DNA of 64,000 nucleotides. It comes from Candidatus Latescibacterota bacterium (GTDB lineage: Bacteria > Latescibacterota > UBA2968). The translations under genes and the position numbers were made by a program. How positions within the stretch are numbered: position 1 is the stretch's first letter; the number at the start of each line of letters is the position of its first letter. The notes below the pieces were generated by a model. That model worked only from the letters and a program-made list of their open reading frames with translations, was not told the DNA's origin and ran no database searches. Below, in pieces: positions 30,198 to 39,517 of this stretch. The stretch spans positions 4,224,001 to 4,288,000 of the forward strand of contig OZ242311.1 in assembly GCA_965207885.1 (NCBI GenBank), given 5' to 3'.

Positions 30198-31012
30198 CTT
30201 TTATCGCCCCTCACGCTATTGAGCACCTGACGCAGATCTTCCGCAGATTGCCGAGCGGCGTCTGCAAAATCGATACCACTGGAAGCGTAGAGGATGCTGC
30301 GCGACGAATTGACGAGAATACCGCTGCCTTTTCTGTTCAGACCATTTTGGACAATTGCATTAGTCTGACCGCCTTGCGTCCCGACACCGGGCAAAAGGAT
30401 GGGGAGGTCAGTGGCAATCGCGCGAATGGTTTTTAAGTCGTTGGGATGTGTTGCCCCCACAACGAGACCACAGGGTCCTATTTCCGACCATTTCACAGCT
30501 TTTTGTGCGAGCACCTCATACAGCACGCCCTGGTCTGTGTTGAGGCGCAAAATATCAGCCGACCCGGGATTGGATGTGAGGCACAAAAGAAAAGCACAGC
30601 CGTTTTGATAAGCCAAAAAGGGGGCAATAGCATCTGTTCCCATCAGAGGGTTGATAGTCACGGCATCAACGCCGAGTTGGCAATATGCCATGTATGCATA
30701 GTGTTCTGCTGTATTGCCAATGTCGCCAGCTTTGAAATCGAGTATAATTGGCATGTCGTTGGGAACAGCCTGGATCACGCCTTGAAGAGCCTCCCAGCCC
30801 GCGATGCCCTGAGCGCCAAAAAATGCAAAATTGGGTTTATAGGCGCATGCAATATCCCGTGTGGCGGCTATAATTTCTTTTAGAAAAACGAGGGTGGGAT
30901 TGGATTTCCCTTTGAGATGTTCGGGCAGCTTTGCCGAATCGGGATCGAGCCCCACACATACAAAACTGTTATTGCGTTGTACCGTATCGCTGTATTTTTC
31001 TGAAAAGGACAT
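30194..31012 (-). CDS. pyrF: Orotidine-5'-phosphate decarboxylase
   Basis: CVGLDP, YKPN, DFKAGDIGNT, LTSNPGS, GLVVGAT, PGVGTQGG, NSSR. Confidence 0.95.
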   Translation of the reverse strand: MSFSEKYSDTVQRNNSFVCVGLDPDSAKLPEHLKGKSNPTLVFLKEIIAATRDIACAYKPNFAFFGAQGIAGWEALQGVIQAVPNDMPIILDFKAGDIGNTAEHYAYMAYCQLGVDAVTINPLMGTDAIAPFLAYQNGCAFLLCLTSNPGSADILRLNTDQGVLYEVLAQKAVKWSEIGPCGLVVGATHPNDLKTIRAIATDLPILLPGVGTQGGQTNAIVQNGLNRKGSGILVNSSRSILYASSGIDFADAARQSAEDLRQVLNSVRGDKR

Positions 31013-31095
31013 TCAATCTCTCCATTAAGCAAATGGCGGACCCCTTGTGGGAATCCGCCGTTACTGAATAACACCACTTCAGCACATGCTTTGAA

Positions 31096-31465
31096 ACAAG
31101 CGGGCCTGTAAGCCGAGTTCTGTCGTCTGGTCTCCCAAACGGATGGCCATTTATCTGGGACGCCAGTTACCCGACGCCTCTTGCAGCCTACCCGAGCATA
31201 ATAGCGAGACGGGCCATCTCTCTGCTCCTATTCGGCCTTGCTCCAAATGGGGTTTACCGTGCCGCGCTCGTCGCCGAGTCGCGCGGTGGGCTCTTACCCC
31301 ACCGTTTCACCCTTGCCCGTAGCGCGAAAAATCGCGCCCGCTGGCGGTCTGTTCTCTGTGGCACTTTCCATCGGGTCGCCCCGCCTGGGTGTTACCCAGC
31401 ATTTTGCCCTGTGGAGCTCGGACTTTCCTCATCCCAAAAGGGACGCGACCATCCGGTCCGCTTGT
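31096..31465 (-). ncRNA. rnpB: RNase P RNA, class A
   Basis: Minus strand has GAGGAAAGTCCGAGCTCC, GGAAAGTGCCACAGA, GGTAAACCCC and ACAGAACTCGGCTTA; P1 ACAAGCGG/CCGCTTGT. Confidence 0.97.
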
Positions 31466-31472
31466 AACATTT

Positions 31473-31895
31473 TTATTTTTTAGACGTGTCGGCACTGTCT
31501 TTTGTTGCAATGCCCTGGTTTGCCAACTGGTCAGCTTCTTTATTCTGATCTCGGCGCACGTGTTTGATCCTAAAGCCGTCAAAGGTTCCACTCAGCATTT
31601 GGGCGGTCTGATAAAGCGGCAAAAGCCCTCCGCTTTTGACTTTGTAAGTCCCATTCATCTGGCGAACCACGAGTTCGCTGTCGGAAAATACTGTCACCCG
31701 GTTGGCTTTGAACTCTGCGGCTTTTTCAAGGCCCTTAATCAGCGCGCGATACTCTGCGACATTGTTGGTCGTACAGCCGATATATTCACAGTGTTCCGCG
31801 ATACAATCTCCATCTGCTTCAATGCGAATGCCAATGCCAGCATGCCCGGGATTGCCCCTGGATGCCCCGTCGATAAATAAGGTCAATTCGGTCAA
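31473..31895 (-). CDS. rnhA: Ribonuclease HI family protein
   Basis: FIDGASRGNPG, TNNVAEY, DSELVVRQ, NKEADQLAN. Confidence 0.9.
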   Translation of the reverse strand: MTELTLFIDGASRGNPGHAGIGIRIEADGDCIAEHCEYIGCTTNNVAEYRALIKGLEKAAEFKANRVTVFSDSELVVRQMNGTYKVKSGGLLPLYQTAQMLSGTFDGFRIKHVRRDQNKEADQLANQGIATKDSADTSKK

Positions 31896-32614
31896 ACTTC
31901 AGCCTCTTCATCATTCCATACCAGAAGGCGACCACAATTTTCGCAGCGCATGATACTATCGGCGCGTCTGACTTCCACCAGGCGTTGAGGGGATAATTGG
32001 CGGTAACAGCCACCACAGGACCCTTTGCGAACTGGTACAATGGCAATACCACCTTTAACAACTCTGCGGATGCGATTGTACATGCTTAAAGGACTGCGTT
32101 CCACACCCGGTTCGATGGCTGACCGCTTCTTTTCCCAGGCACGCACATTTTTCTCTACAGAATTGAGTTTGACCGTCAATTCGTCAATGCGTTTTTGCCG
32201 GTCTTCTTCGATTTCCTGGTAGTAATCTTTGTCTTCGTGGAGTTTTTCCACAATTTTTTCAACTGTATCGATACTTTCCAAAATGGCGGTTTCGTGTTGG
32301 TCTTTGCGATCATGGAGAGTTGCGATTTCGAGTTGCAAAGCATCGTACTCTTTATTGGTCTTTACTTCATAGAGACGATCTTGATGTTTTTTCAGATCTT
32401 CTTCAATTGCGCTGAGTTCCCTTTCAAGTGCCCGGCGATCTTTTTCGAGTTCTTCACTGCGCTGTTGCTGGGCGTCGAGTTGATCGCGTGCATCTTGCAG
32501 TTCTGTTTTGAGACCATTGATTTCTTTGGGGTAATCTATTTGAGATTGGTGCAACGCGTTGATTTCTTTGTCGATTTCTTGAAGTTTCAGCAAATTAACC
32601 AAACTCTCTCTCAT
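31892..32614 (-). CDS. Coiled-coil protein with C4 zinc ribbon (CT398/DUF164-like)
   Basis: LQEID, NKEYDAL, CGGC...CENCGRLL; this rnhA-rnpB context is common. Confidence 0.88.
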   Translation of the reverse strand: MRESLVNLLKLQEIDKEINALHQSQIDYPKEINGLKTELQDARDQLDAQQQRSEELEKDRRALERELSAIEEDLKKHQDRLYEVKTNKEYDALQLEIATLHDRKDQHETAILESIDTVEKIVEKLHEDKDYYQEIEEDRQKRIDELTVKLNSVEKNVRAWEKKRSAIEPGVERSPLSMYNRIRRVVKGGIAIVPVRKGSCGGCYRQLSPQRLVEVRRADSIMRCENCGRLLVWNDEEAEV

Positions 32615-32637
32615 GCGCGGGTCTCCTCGTGAAACGT

Positions 32638-32677
32638 AAAAAAGAAAAGGTGCTACCCTGAGCAGGTGCACCTTTCT
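32638..32677 (-). terminator. Terminator downstream of tRNA-Val
   Basis: AAAGGTGC/GCACCTTT stem followed by a T run on the minus strand. Confidence 0.6.
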
Positions 32678-32733
32678 ATGGCCGTTTTTGCTACAACTTG
32701 AACCTCTTGATCTGTTGACAAGAAGTTTTGGAA

Positions 32734-32810
32734 TGGTGGGCGATACTGGATTTGAACCAGTGACCTCCGGTATGTGAAACCGGCACTCTAACCAACTGAG
32801 CTAATCGCCC
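32734..32810 (-). tRNA. tRNA-Val (CAC)
   Basis: GGGCGATTAGCTCAGTTGGTTAGAGTGCCGGTTTCACATACCGGAGGTCACTGGTTCAAATCCAGTATCGCCCACCA; cloverleaf, encoded CCA. Confidence 0.97.
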
Positions 32811-32951
32811 AATTTCGCAATAATACCGCACAGAACGACCGACCTTTTTTTGATATTTTACAGGAAATTTTGCAATGCATTTTAATTAACAAAAGATAGT
32901 TTGGGATGTCAAGCCCGATTCGTGAAATCAGGCCCTTTCGCATCCCCGCAT

Positions 32952-33716
32952 TTACGCACTTTCTTCCAACTGCACAGTATCGGGCCGCTGACCTATTGAT
33001 GGTGGAGCCATTAAGCGAACCTGTTGTGTCGTCAAATTTTCATAATCATCGACATTGTAATACGTATTTGCCCACGATGAATGTCCGGGGCTGTATTTAT
33101 ACAAAAATGCTCGACGCTCGTGATCAGCTGTCCACGGCATCGTTCCGTGAACCACCGCCTCAGTAAAAATCAACGCATCCCCTGCGTTCACTTCGGGCTG
33201 TACCACATAATGGGGTACCCGTTCATACTCCCGCACATCCCGTGGAATGCTATTCAAAAAATTGGTCTTGTGCGTGCCGGGAATACAACAAAACCCACCA
33301 TCGCCTTTGCGTGCAGGTGTCGTAAAAAAGGTTACCACCGTCAACCCGGTTCGAATAACACCATCGCGGTATTTGTACCAATGATCGCCCTCGCGCCCAT
33401 TATCGCCCCCGTGCAATCGCCCTCGCTGCCCCCCTTTTTGCATAAAAATGCTGTAATCGTGATCAATCCGCACCTTTGGTCCCAAAAATGCCAGCAAATA
33501 AGGCATAATCTTCGGGTGATCCAGCAAATTTTGAAAAGGTATCCCCCACGTTGAGGGCCGTCCCACACTGCGATATTTGCCATCTACCGCCTTCATCTTC
33601 TCATCGGCAATCGCATTCAGTTCATCCACTTCCCCCTCTGAAAGCACATTCTCAATCACAATATAGCCATCTAAATCAAAGACAAATTTCTCTTCAATAT
33701 CCACCGATAACGGCAT
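32952..33716 (-). CDS. Phytanoyl-CoA dioxygenase (PhyH) family protein
   Basis: FDLDGYIVIENVLS, LHGG, GGFCCIPGTHK, AGDALIFTEAVVHG. Confidence 0.85.
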   Translation of the reverse strand: MPLSVDIEEKFVFDLDGYIVIENVLSEGEVDELNAIADEKMKAVDGKYRSVGRPSTWGIPFQNLLDHPKIMPYLLAFLGPKVRIDHDYSIFMQKGGQRGRLHGGDNGREGDHWYKYRDGVIRTGLTVVTFFTTPARKGDGGFCCIPGTHKTNFLNSIPRDVREYERVPHYVVQPEVNAGDALIFTEAVVHGTMPWTADHERRAFLYKYSPGHSSWANTYYNVDDYENLTTQQVRLMAPPSIGQRPDTVQLEESA

Positions 33717-33926
33717 GCTTCACTCCTTTAGATATGGACACAAACAGTCGAATTTACCACAAGATAACCACCTCAATCACCCGCGTCAAAAGCATTTGAA
33801 ACTGCATCAGCCGATAACTCAAAACCTTCGTTATACAGTGTGCTTTGTTCCTTGCGTATGTCGAGAAACCGAGCTATTTTTCAGAACACTGAATGAATTG
33901 AAGAAATAAAAACAAAAGGAGCATTG

Positions 33927-35714
33927 ATGCAGAAGGATTATTCTGAAGTCAAAGGTCAACTGCGAAGTCAAGAGTGGTTTAACAACCCGCACAACATGGG
34001 CATGACAGCCGTCTATGTCGAACGCTACATGAACTACGGCTGGACGCGTGAAGAACTCCAATCGGGCAAACCCGTTATCGGCATCGCGCAAACAGGGGGC
34101 GATCTCACCCCCTGCAATCGCATTCACGTCGAATTGGTCGATCGCGTCAAAGCAGGTATCCGCGACAACGGCGGCATACCCTTTGAATTTCCCGTACACC
34201 CCATTGCAGAACAGGGCAAAAGGCCCACGGCTGCCCTCGACCGCAACCTCGCGTACCTCGGACTGGTCGAAATCCTGCACGGCTATCCCATTGACGGCGT
34301 CGTCCTCACCACAGGATGCGACAAAACGACACCCGCCTGCATCATGGCCGCCTGCACCATGAACCTCCCCTCCATCGTCCTGTCTGGTGGTCCCATGCTC
34401 GATGGGCACTGGCGCGGTCGTCTGGCCGGATCGGGCACGGTTGTCTGGGAAGCCCGCGAACGCTACGCAGCTGGTGAAATCGACTACGACGGATTCATGG
34501 ATATCGTCACATCATCCTCGCCCAGTGTGGGCCATTGCAACACAATGGGAACCGCCTTATCCATGAACGCATTGGCCGAAGCACTTGGACTATCGCTTAC
34601 CGGATGTGCGGCCATCCCCGCACCCTATCGCGCCCGCAAGCAAATGGCCTATCGCACTGGCCTGCGCATCGTCGATATGGTCAAAGAAGATCTCATCCCC
34701 GACAAGGTCCTCACGCCTGAAGCCTTCCAAAACGCCATTGTCGTCAACTCTGCGCTCGGCGGTTCAACCAATGCGCCGGTTCACATCACCGCCATAGCGC
34801 GACACATCGGGCTGGAACTGCCAGCAAAAGACTGGCAAACCCATGGTCACCACATTCCCCTCCTCGTCAACTGCCAGCCCGCAGGCGAATACCTCGGCGA
34901 AGCCTTTTACCGCGCTGGTGGCGTGCCCGCCGTCATGGCCGAACTCGTCAAAGCCGGCAAACTCCACACCCACTGCCAGACCGTCACCGGCAAAACCATA
35001 GGCGAAAATCTCAAAGACATCGCCATTGAAGACGAGCGCGTCATCAAGCCCTATGAACAACCCTTAAAAGAAAACGCCGGATTCATTGTACTCAGCGGCA
35101 ACCTCTTTGAAGCGGGCTTGCTCAAAACCTCCGTAATTGGCGACGACTTTCGCAAAAAATATCTCCAGCGCGCAGGCGATGAAAACGCCTGGGAAGGCAC
35201 AGCTGTGGTCTTCGATGGTCCCGAAGATTATCACCACCGCATCAACGATCCCGATTTGCCCATCGACGAAAATTCCATGCTCTTCGTGCGCTATTGCGGC
35301 CCCGTGGGCTATCCCGGCTCAGCCGAAGTCGTCAACATGCTCCCGCCCGACCGCCTCGTGCAGGCGGGCATTTCCGAACTGCCCTGCATCGGCGATGGGC
35401 GTCAAAGCGGCACTTCTGCCAGCCCGTCCATACTCAACGCCTCTCCCGAAGCCACAGTGGGCGGTGGCCTTGCCTTTCTCAAAACGGGCGACCGCGTGCG
35501 TATCGACCTCAACACATGCACGGCCAATGTCCTCGTCACCGATCAGGAACTCGCGCAACGCAAAAAGGACTGGAAACAACCCGATCTGGTCCACCAGACA
35601 CCCTGGCAGGAAATCTATCGCCAAAATGTGGGACAACTCGCCGATGGCGCATGTATGGAACTGGCCGTCAAATACCAGAATGTGCGCGACAACACCCCTC
35701 GCCATTCGCATTAA
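33927..35714 (+). CDS. IlvD/Edd-family sugar-acid dehydratase (xylonate/arabinonate-type)
   Basis: PCN, GCDKTTP, GHCNTMGTA, GGSTN, GDGRQSGT, C-terminal PRHSH. Confidence 0.9.
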   Translation: MQKDYSEVKGQLRSQEWFNNPHNMGMTAVYVERYMNYGWTREELQSGKPVIGIAQTGGDLTPCNRIHVELVDRVKAGIRDNGGIPFEFPVHPIAEQGKRPTAALDRNLAYLGLVEILHGYPIDGVVLTTGCDKTTPACIMAACTMNLPSIVLSGGPMLDGHWRGRLAGSGTVVWEARERYAAGEIDYDGFMDIVTSSSPSVGHCNTMGTALSMNALAEALGLSLTGCAAIPAPYRARKQMAYRTGLRIVDMVKEDLIPDKVLTPEAFQNAIVVNSALGGSTNAPVHITAIARHIGLELPAKDWQTHGHHIPLLVNCQPAGEYLGEAFYRAGGVPAVMAELVKAGKLHTHCQTVTGKTIGENLKDIAIEDERVIKPYEQPLKENAGFIVLSGNLFEAGLLKTSVIGDDFRKKYLQRAGDENAWEGTAVVFDGPEDYHHRINDPDLPIDENSMLFVRYCGPVGYPGSAEVVNMLPPDRLVQAGISELPCIGDGRQSGTSASPSILNASPEATVGGGLAFLKTGDRVRIDLNTCTANVLVTDQELAQRKKDWKQPDLVHQTPWQEIYRQNVGQLADGACMELAVKYQNVRDNTPRHSH

Positions 35715-35726
35715 ACCTACTGCATC

Positions 35727-36407
35727 GTGATATTTCCGACCCCCGAGGAATATACCGTCCTCATCCTATCGCTTAAAGTAGGCCTGCTCTGCGTGGTTAT
35801 AAGCCTGCCCTTTGCCGTATTGTTGGGATGGGTGCTGGCACGCAAAAACTTTCGGGGCAAGCTCGTCCTCGACGGTCTGTGTCACCTGCCCCTTGTATTG
35901 CCGCCTGTAGTTGTCGGGTATCTACTCCTTCTCCTGTTGGGACGCAGAGGTTTTCTGGGTCAAATTTTGAGCGACTGGTTTGGATTGCAAATCGCATTTA
36001 CCTGGCGAGGTGCTGTATTAGCCGCTGCTGTAGTGGGTTTTCCACTCATGTTAAGAGCTGTTCGCCTCGCCATCGAAAGTGTTGACCCCCGCCTTGAGCG
36101 CGCTGCTCGTACCCTGGGAGCCAATCCGCTCCGCGCCTTTTTCTCCATAACGCTGCGCCTGGCCACCCCGGGCGTACTCGTTGGCTCCCTCCTCACATTT
36201 GCCCGCAGCCTTGGCGAATTTGGCGCCACCATCACCTTTGTTTCCAATATTGCCGGCGAAACCCGCACACTCCCACTCGCCATTTTCACGTACATCAACC
36301 AGCCCGATGGCGAAGCTGCTGCCGCACGCCTCGTCTTACTCTCCATCATCCTATCCCTGGGCGCACTCATCGCCAGTGAGACTATCGCCCGCAAAATGAA
36401 AAATTAA
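35727..36407 (+). CDS. modB: Molybdate ABC permease
   Basis: LPLVLPPVVVGY, FARSLGEFGATI, TRTLPLAI. Confidence 0.93.
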   Translation: MIFPTPEEYTVLILSLKVGLLCVVISLPFAVLLGWVLARKNFRGKLVLDGLCHLPLVLPPVVVGYLLLLLLGRRGFLGQILSDWFGLQIAFTWRGAVLAAAVVGFPLMLRAVRLAIESVDPRLERAARTLGANPLRAFFSITLRLATPGVLVGSLLTFARSLGEFGATITFVSNIAGETRTLPLAIFTYINQPDGEAAAARLVLLSIILSLGALIASETIARKMKN

Positions 36408-36413
36408 AACATC

Positions 36414-37475
36414 ATGCTCACCCTTTGTGTACACAGGCAACTCGCCGAATTTACCCTCGAAATCAATGTGACATGTGCCTATCCCGTCACCGCGATATTT
36501 GGACCTTCAGGATCTGGCAAAACCACCCTCTTGAATCTCATAAGCGGCCTGATGCGACCAGATAGCGGTCAAATCAGCATTGATGACACCATTTTATTTC
36601 ACGCTAAAAAAGGCATTGACCTGCCACCGGAAAAGCGACGTATAGGCCACGTATTTCAAGACGATTTGCTCTTTCCACACCTGACCGTGCGCCAAAATCT
36701 CCTGTACGGGTATCAATTTCTCGAGCCATCAGAACGCAAATTTCACCCCGACACCATTATCGACCTGCTCGAACTAAACACCCTGCTCGACCGCCTCCCA
36801 AATCTCCTCTCTGGCGGTGAACGCCAGCGCGTCGCTCTGGGGCGAGCCATCCTGACTGCTCCCAGATTACTCATCATGGATGAACCCCTGACCGCGCTCG
36901 ATCAAGAGCTCAAAGACCGCATCATGCCCTATCTGCGCCACATTCGCACGGATCTGGGCATCCCCATGCTCTACGTCAGCCACGCAATTGGTGAAATTCT
37001 ACAACTCACCGGACAGGTCATTGTGCTCAATCGCGGACAAGTACTCGCGCATGGAGACTTCTTTTCTATCGCTCACCAGCCCAAAATTCTGCCCCTGCTC
37101 GAAGCGCATGGTTTTGAAAATGTCCTGCCCGTTGAAGTCATCGCATCCAATCGCGTGCAATACAACAACCAAATCCTCCATATCCCCCCCTGTGACCGCA
37201 GACCGGGCACACATATCTTTATAGGCATCCGGGCAAACGACATCATTTTGTGCCAACAACGACCTGCGGGTTTAAGCATTCGCAACGCCCTCTCTGGAAG
37301 GATTCTCGACATCGTTGAAACGCATGGGCGACGCCTCGTGTACATCGATGTGGGCAAACGCCTCGCCGCCGAAGTCACGTCCGAAGCGATAGAGGAATTG
37401 GCTTTAAAAATCGGCGATCCCGTAATTTGCCTGATAAAAACACACGCCATTCGCATAGGCCCAGATATCTCTTGA
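36414..37475 (+). CDS. modC: Molybdate ABC ATPase with TOBE domain
   Basis: GPSGSGKT, PEKRRIGHVFQ, LSGGE, SIRNAL, C-terminal TOBE. Confidence 0.93.
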   Translation: MLTLCVHRQLAEFTLEINVTCAYPVTAIFGPSGSGKTTLLNLISGLMRPDSGQISIDDTILFHAKKGIDLPPEKRRIGHVFQDDLLFPHLTVRQNLLYGYQFLEPSERKFHPDTIIDLLELNTLLDRLPNLLSGGERQRVALGRAILTAPRLLIMDEPLTALDQELKDRIMPYLRHIRTDLGIPMLYVSHAIGEILQLTGQVIVLNRGQVLAHGDFFSIAHQPKILPLLEAHGFENVLPVEVIASNRVQYNNQILHIPPCDRRPGTHIFIGIRANDIILCQQRPAGLSIRNALSGRILDIVETHGRRLVYIDVGKRLAAEVTSEAIEELALKIGDPVICLIKTHAIRIGPDIS

Positions 37476-37519
37476 GGCCTGCGCCTCCTCCATCTCTCTA
37501 CGAAAAAAAACAAAATTTC

Positions 37520-37548
37520 TGAAACCCATTCACAACCTGCACTGTCTA
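37520..37548 (+). promoter_or_regulatory. Candidate ECF-type promoter
   Basis: TGAAAC-N17-TGTCTA upstream of the ECF sigma locus. Confidence 0.35.
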
Positions 37549-37651
37549 TTTATGTGACATTGGGTAACTATTTTCTTATTTTTCGTTCCAAAGTGCATCC
37601 AAAGGTATGTAACAGTGAAGATGAAATTTGTAAAAAATTCCGATTTCTTCC

Positions 37652-37680
37652 TTGACGTATCGGAGTTCTCTAACTATCTT
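37652..37680 (+). promoter_or_regulatory. Sigma70-type promoter
   Basis: TTGACG-17-TATCTT. Confidence 0.55.
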
Positions 37681-37939
37681 TTTGAAGCTGAACAGTATTG
37701 TTGCAATCCACCAATCTCAAACAGGGAATCCATCGTGTATATCCGTAAACCCGCACCACAGGGCTGAGTCTCCTGGAACGACATCCCGGTAACACCTTTA
37801 CACAAGAGATTTTCGTGTTCAATCTCGCCATTGTTGCCTTTAACAGTCCTATCCAGGATAGCTCGCAATTTGAATTGCACGCGCTCTTATTGCGCCTGGG
37901 GAGGACCATATGGCTTGTTGAATGCATCACAAAGACACT

Positions 37940-37964
37940 GCCATCCTCACCGGATGGCTTTTTT
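37940..37964 (+). terminator. Intrinsic terminator 1 in the leader
   Basis: GCCATCC-5nt-GGATGGC TTTTTT. Confidence 0.75.
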
Positions 37965-37967
37965 AAT

Positions 37968-38006
37968 GGCCACAGCGCAAAACGAGACGCGGTGGCCCTT
38001 TTTTTT
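37968..38006 (+). terminator. Intrinsic terminator 2 in the leader
   Basis: GGCCAC...GTGGCC followed by C and T8. Confidence 0.65.
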
Positions 38007-38098
38007 CACAGGAGGTACTATGATTATTTGACAAACGATTGGTAAACAAATATCTGGCTCACCATTTCTCCCCCTTCACCAGAGAAAGGAGATTTGAT

Positions 38099-38203
38099 AT
38101 GATGTCAGTACAAACAGAAAGGCCCTCACGCGAGTCTTTGGCGGGACGACGTGAGGACCCCAGATCACACCGACAAGTACATGCGGTGTTCCGCATAATT
38201 TAG
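38099..38203 (+). CDS. Candidate 34-aa small protein
   Basis: SD AAGGAGA; MMSVQTERPSRESLAGRREDPRSHRQVHAVFRII. Confidence 0.3.
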   Translation: MMSVQTERPSRESLAGRREDPRSHRQVHAVFRII

Positions 38204-38254
38204 GACAAATTTCCGATAACTGCAAATGGAATCACAAACTTGTGGAGAAATTAG

Positions 38255-38452
38255 ATGCAAACATGGAAGGATGTATTCCGCAGAAAAGAGGAATTGCAAA
38301 ATCTGAAAAACATCGGATTCTGCTTTCTGATTGTCGTTGCCCTCATCACGGGTTCTTATGCCCTGACGGGGTTGCGCGACATTTTTCAAGTCTCGCTTGC
38401 GGAGCCTACCGAGTGGGAAATCACCGCAACGCCTGACGATATTGACGAATAA
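38255..38452 (+). CDS. Small single-pass membrane protein (65 aa)
   Basis: SD GGAGA; one hydrophobic helix IGFCFLIVVALITGSYAL; acidic tail. Confidence 0.55.
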   Translation: MQTWKDVFRRKEELQNLKNIGFCFLIVVALITGSYALTGLRDIFQVSLAEPTEWEITATPDDIDE

Positions 38453-38500
38453 ACGACCATTCCGCAGAGAAATTGATAACCATTCACCAGAGGATTAACC

Positions 38501-39082
38501 ATGCAGTACGCAGAAGAGCGGGATCTGGTGCGCCGCACATTAAATGGCGATGCCGGGGCTTTCAACAGCCTTTACAAACGCCATCACGCCCGAATTCTCG
38601 CCACACTAATTGGACGAACCAGAAATCGACACGATGCTGAAGATTTGATGCAAGTGACTTTCTTGCGCGCCTATCGCGGTTTGTCCGGGTTCCGCGGGGA
38701 GGCTGCGTTTTCAACCTGGCTGATGCAAATTGCCCTGAATGTGTGTACCACGCACATGCGATCCAAACAAGCCCGTCGATCGTGGCAGCAAACCATTGAA
38801 GATCCACAACTCGGTTATCGAGATACATGGGAGCCGGCCAATACAGAGCGTCCCGACGATGCATTGTCTCGAAAAGAATGCCGCGAGATGCTCGAAGAGA
38901 GCATAGAAGAACTGCCGCAGCGATATCGCCATGCCGTGCGATTGCGCTATGTACAGGATCGATCTTATGCAGAAATTGCCAGAGAACTCGGCGTGCCGAT
39001 GGGCACCCTGAAAACCTGGCTTCATCGCGCGCGACACCAGTTGCAAGAATCTCTTAATGACACGGAACTTGCGGCAATGTAA
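38501..39082 (+). CDS. ECF sigma-70 factor (RpoE/SigW-like)
   Basis: DAEDLMQVTF, FSTWLMQIALN, SYAEIARELGVPMGTLKTWLHRAR. Confidence 0.93.
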   Translation: MQYAEERDLVRRTLNGDAGAFNSLYKRHHARILATLIGRTRNRHDAEDLMQVTFLRAYRGLSGFRGEAAFSTWLMQIALNVCTTHMRSKQARRSWQQTIEDPQLGYRDTWEPANTERPDDALSRKECREMLEESIEELPQRYRHAVRLRYVQDRSYAEIARELGVPMGTLKTWLHRARHQLQESLNDTELAAM

Positions 39083-39147
39083 AACGTCTTACAACGTGTT
39101 AGCGCAACAGCCATTAAATTTTAACAACCGAAGGAGAAATTCATTTT

Positions 39148-39360
39148 ATGCACTGCGACATTTGCGGGCGCGAAAACGCGCACATCCACAAAATCGACCG
39201 CATGTATGGCAAGGGGAAACACACCGTCACCATTCGCAATATTCCCCTTGCGATATGTTCGACCTGTGATGAACGCTATTTTGCGCCTCGCATACCCGAC
39301 AAAGCCGAGCAACTGAGTCCAGTACTTCACAAACACTCAGAGTCGTCCTGTCTTGTATAA
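39148..39360 (+). CDS. YgiT/MqsA-type zinc finger protein
   Basis: SD AAGGAG; MHCDICG...IRNIP..ICSTCDERYF. Confidence 0.75.
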   Translation: MHCDICGRENAHIHKIDRMYGKGKHTVTIRNIPLAICSTCDERYFAPRIPDKAEQLSPVLHKHSESSCLV

Positions 39361-39370
39361 ACAAGCAGCT

Positions 39371-39407
39371 AAAAAAAGCCGCCGATAGATGTACCGGCGG
39401 CTTTTTT
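39371..39407. terminator. Bidirectional intrinsic terminator
   Basis: AAAAAAGCCGCCG...CGGCGGCTTTTTT. Confidence 0.85.
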
Positions 39408-39517
39408 GTGTTCGTTTTCGGACACTACTGTATCAAAATCGGACACTTATCCATAACCTATTGATTTTATTTTTTTAAAAAAGTTTAATTGTTTTCCATT
39501 AAACTATAAAATTTTCC

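Larger units (their letters stand above)
37687..38006 (+). ncRNA. Candidate structured sRNA or leader RNA
   Basis: Lies between a promoter and tandem terminators; several stems; no convincing long ORF. Confidence 0.35.

Noticed and set aside
31238-31880. ORFs 31238-31483, 31307-31591 and 31389-31880
   Set aside because: These are shadow frames over RNase P RNA and rnhA.
32734-32950. tRNA-Val as an integration site
   Set aside because: No integrase and no duplicate of the tRNA 3' end seen in the window.
33831-35776. Many overlapping alternative ORFs here and across the window
   Set aside because: They are antisense or off-frame to well-supported genes and carry no recognisable motifs.
37910-37966. 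Possible selenoprotein Met-Ala-Cys-Sec readthrough
   Set aside because: The downstream hairpin has no G in its apical loop and is a typical U-tailed terminator, not a bacterial SECIS.
37687-38254. Moco riboswitch or CsrB-like sRNA assignment
   Set aside because: It lies downstream of modBC, I see no recognisable consensus, and most GGA motifs are in stems or SD positions rather than repeated loops.
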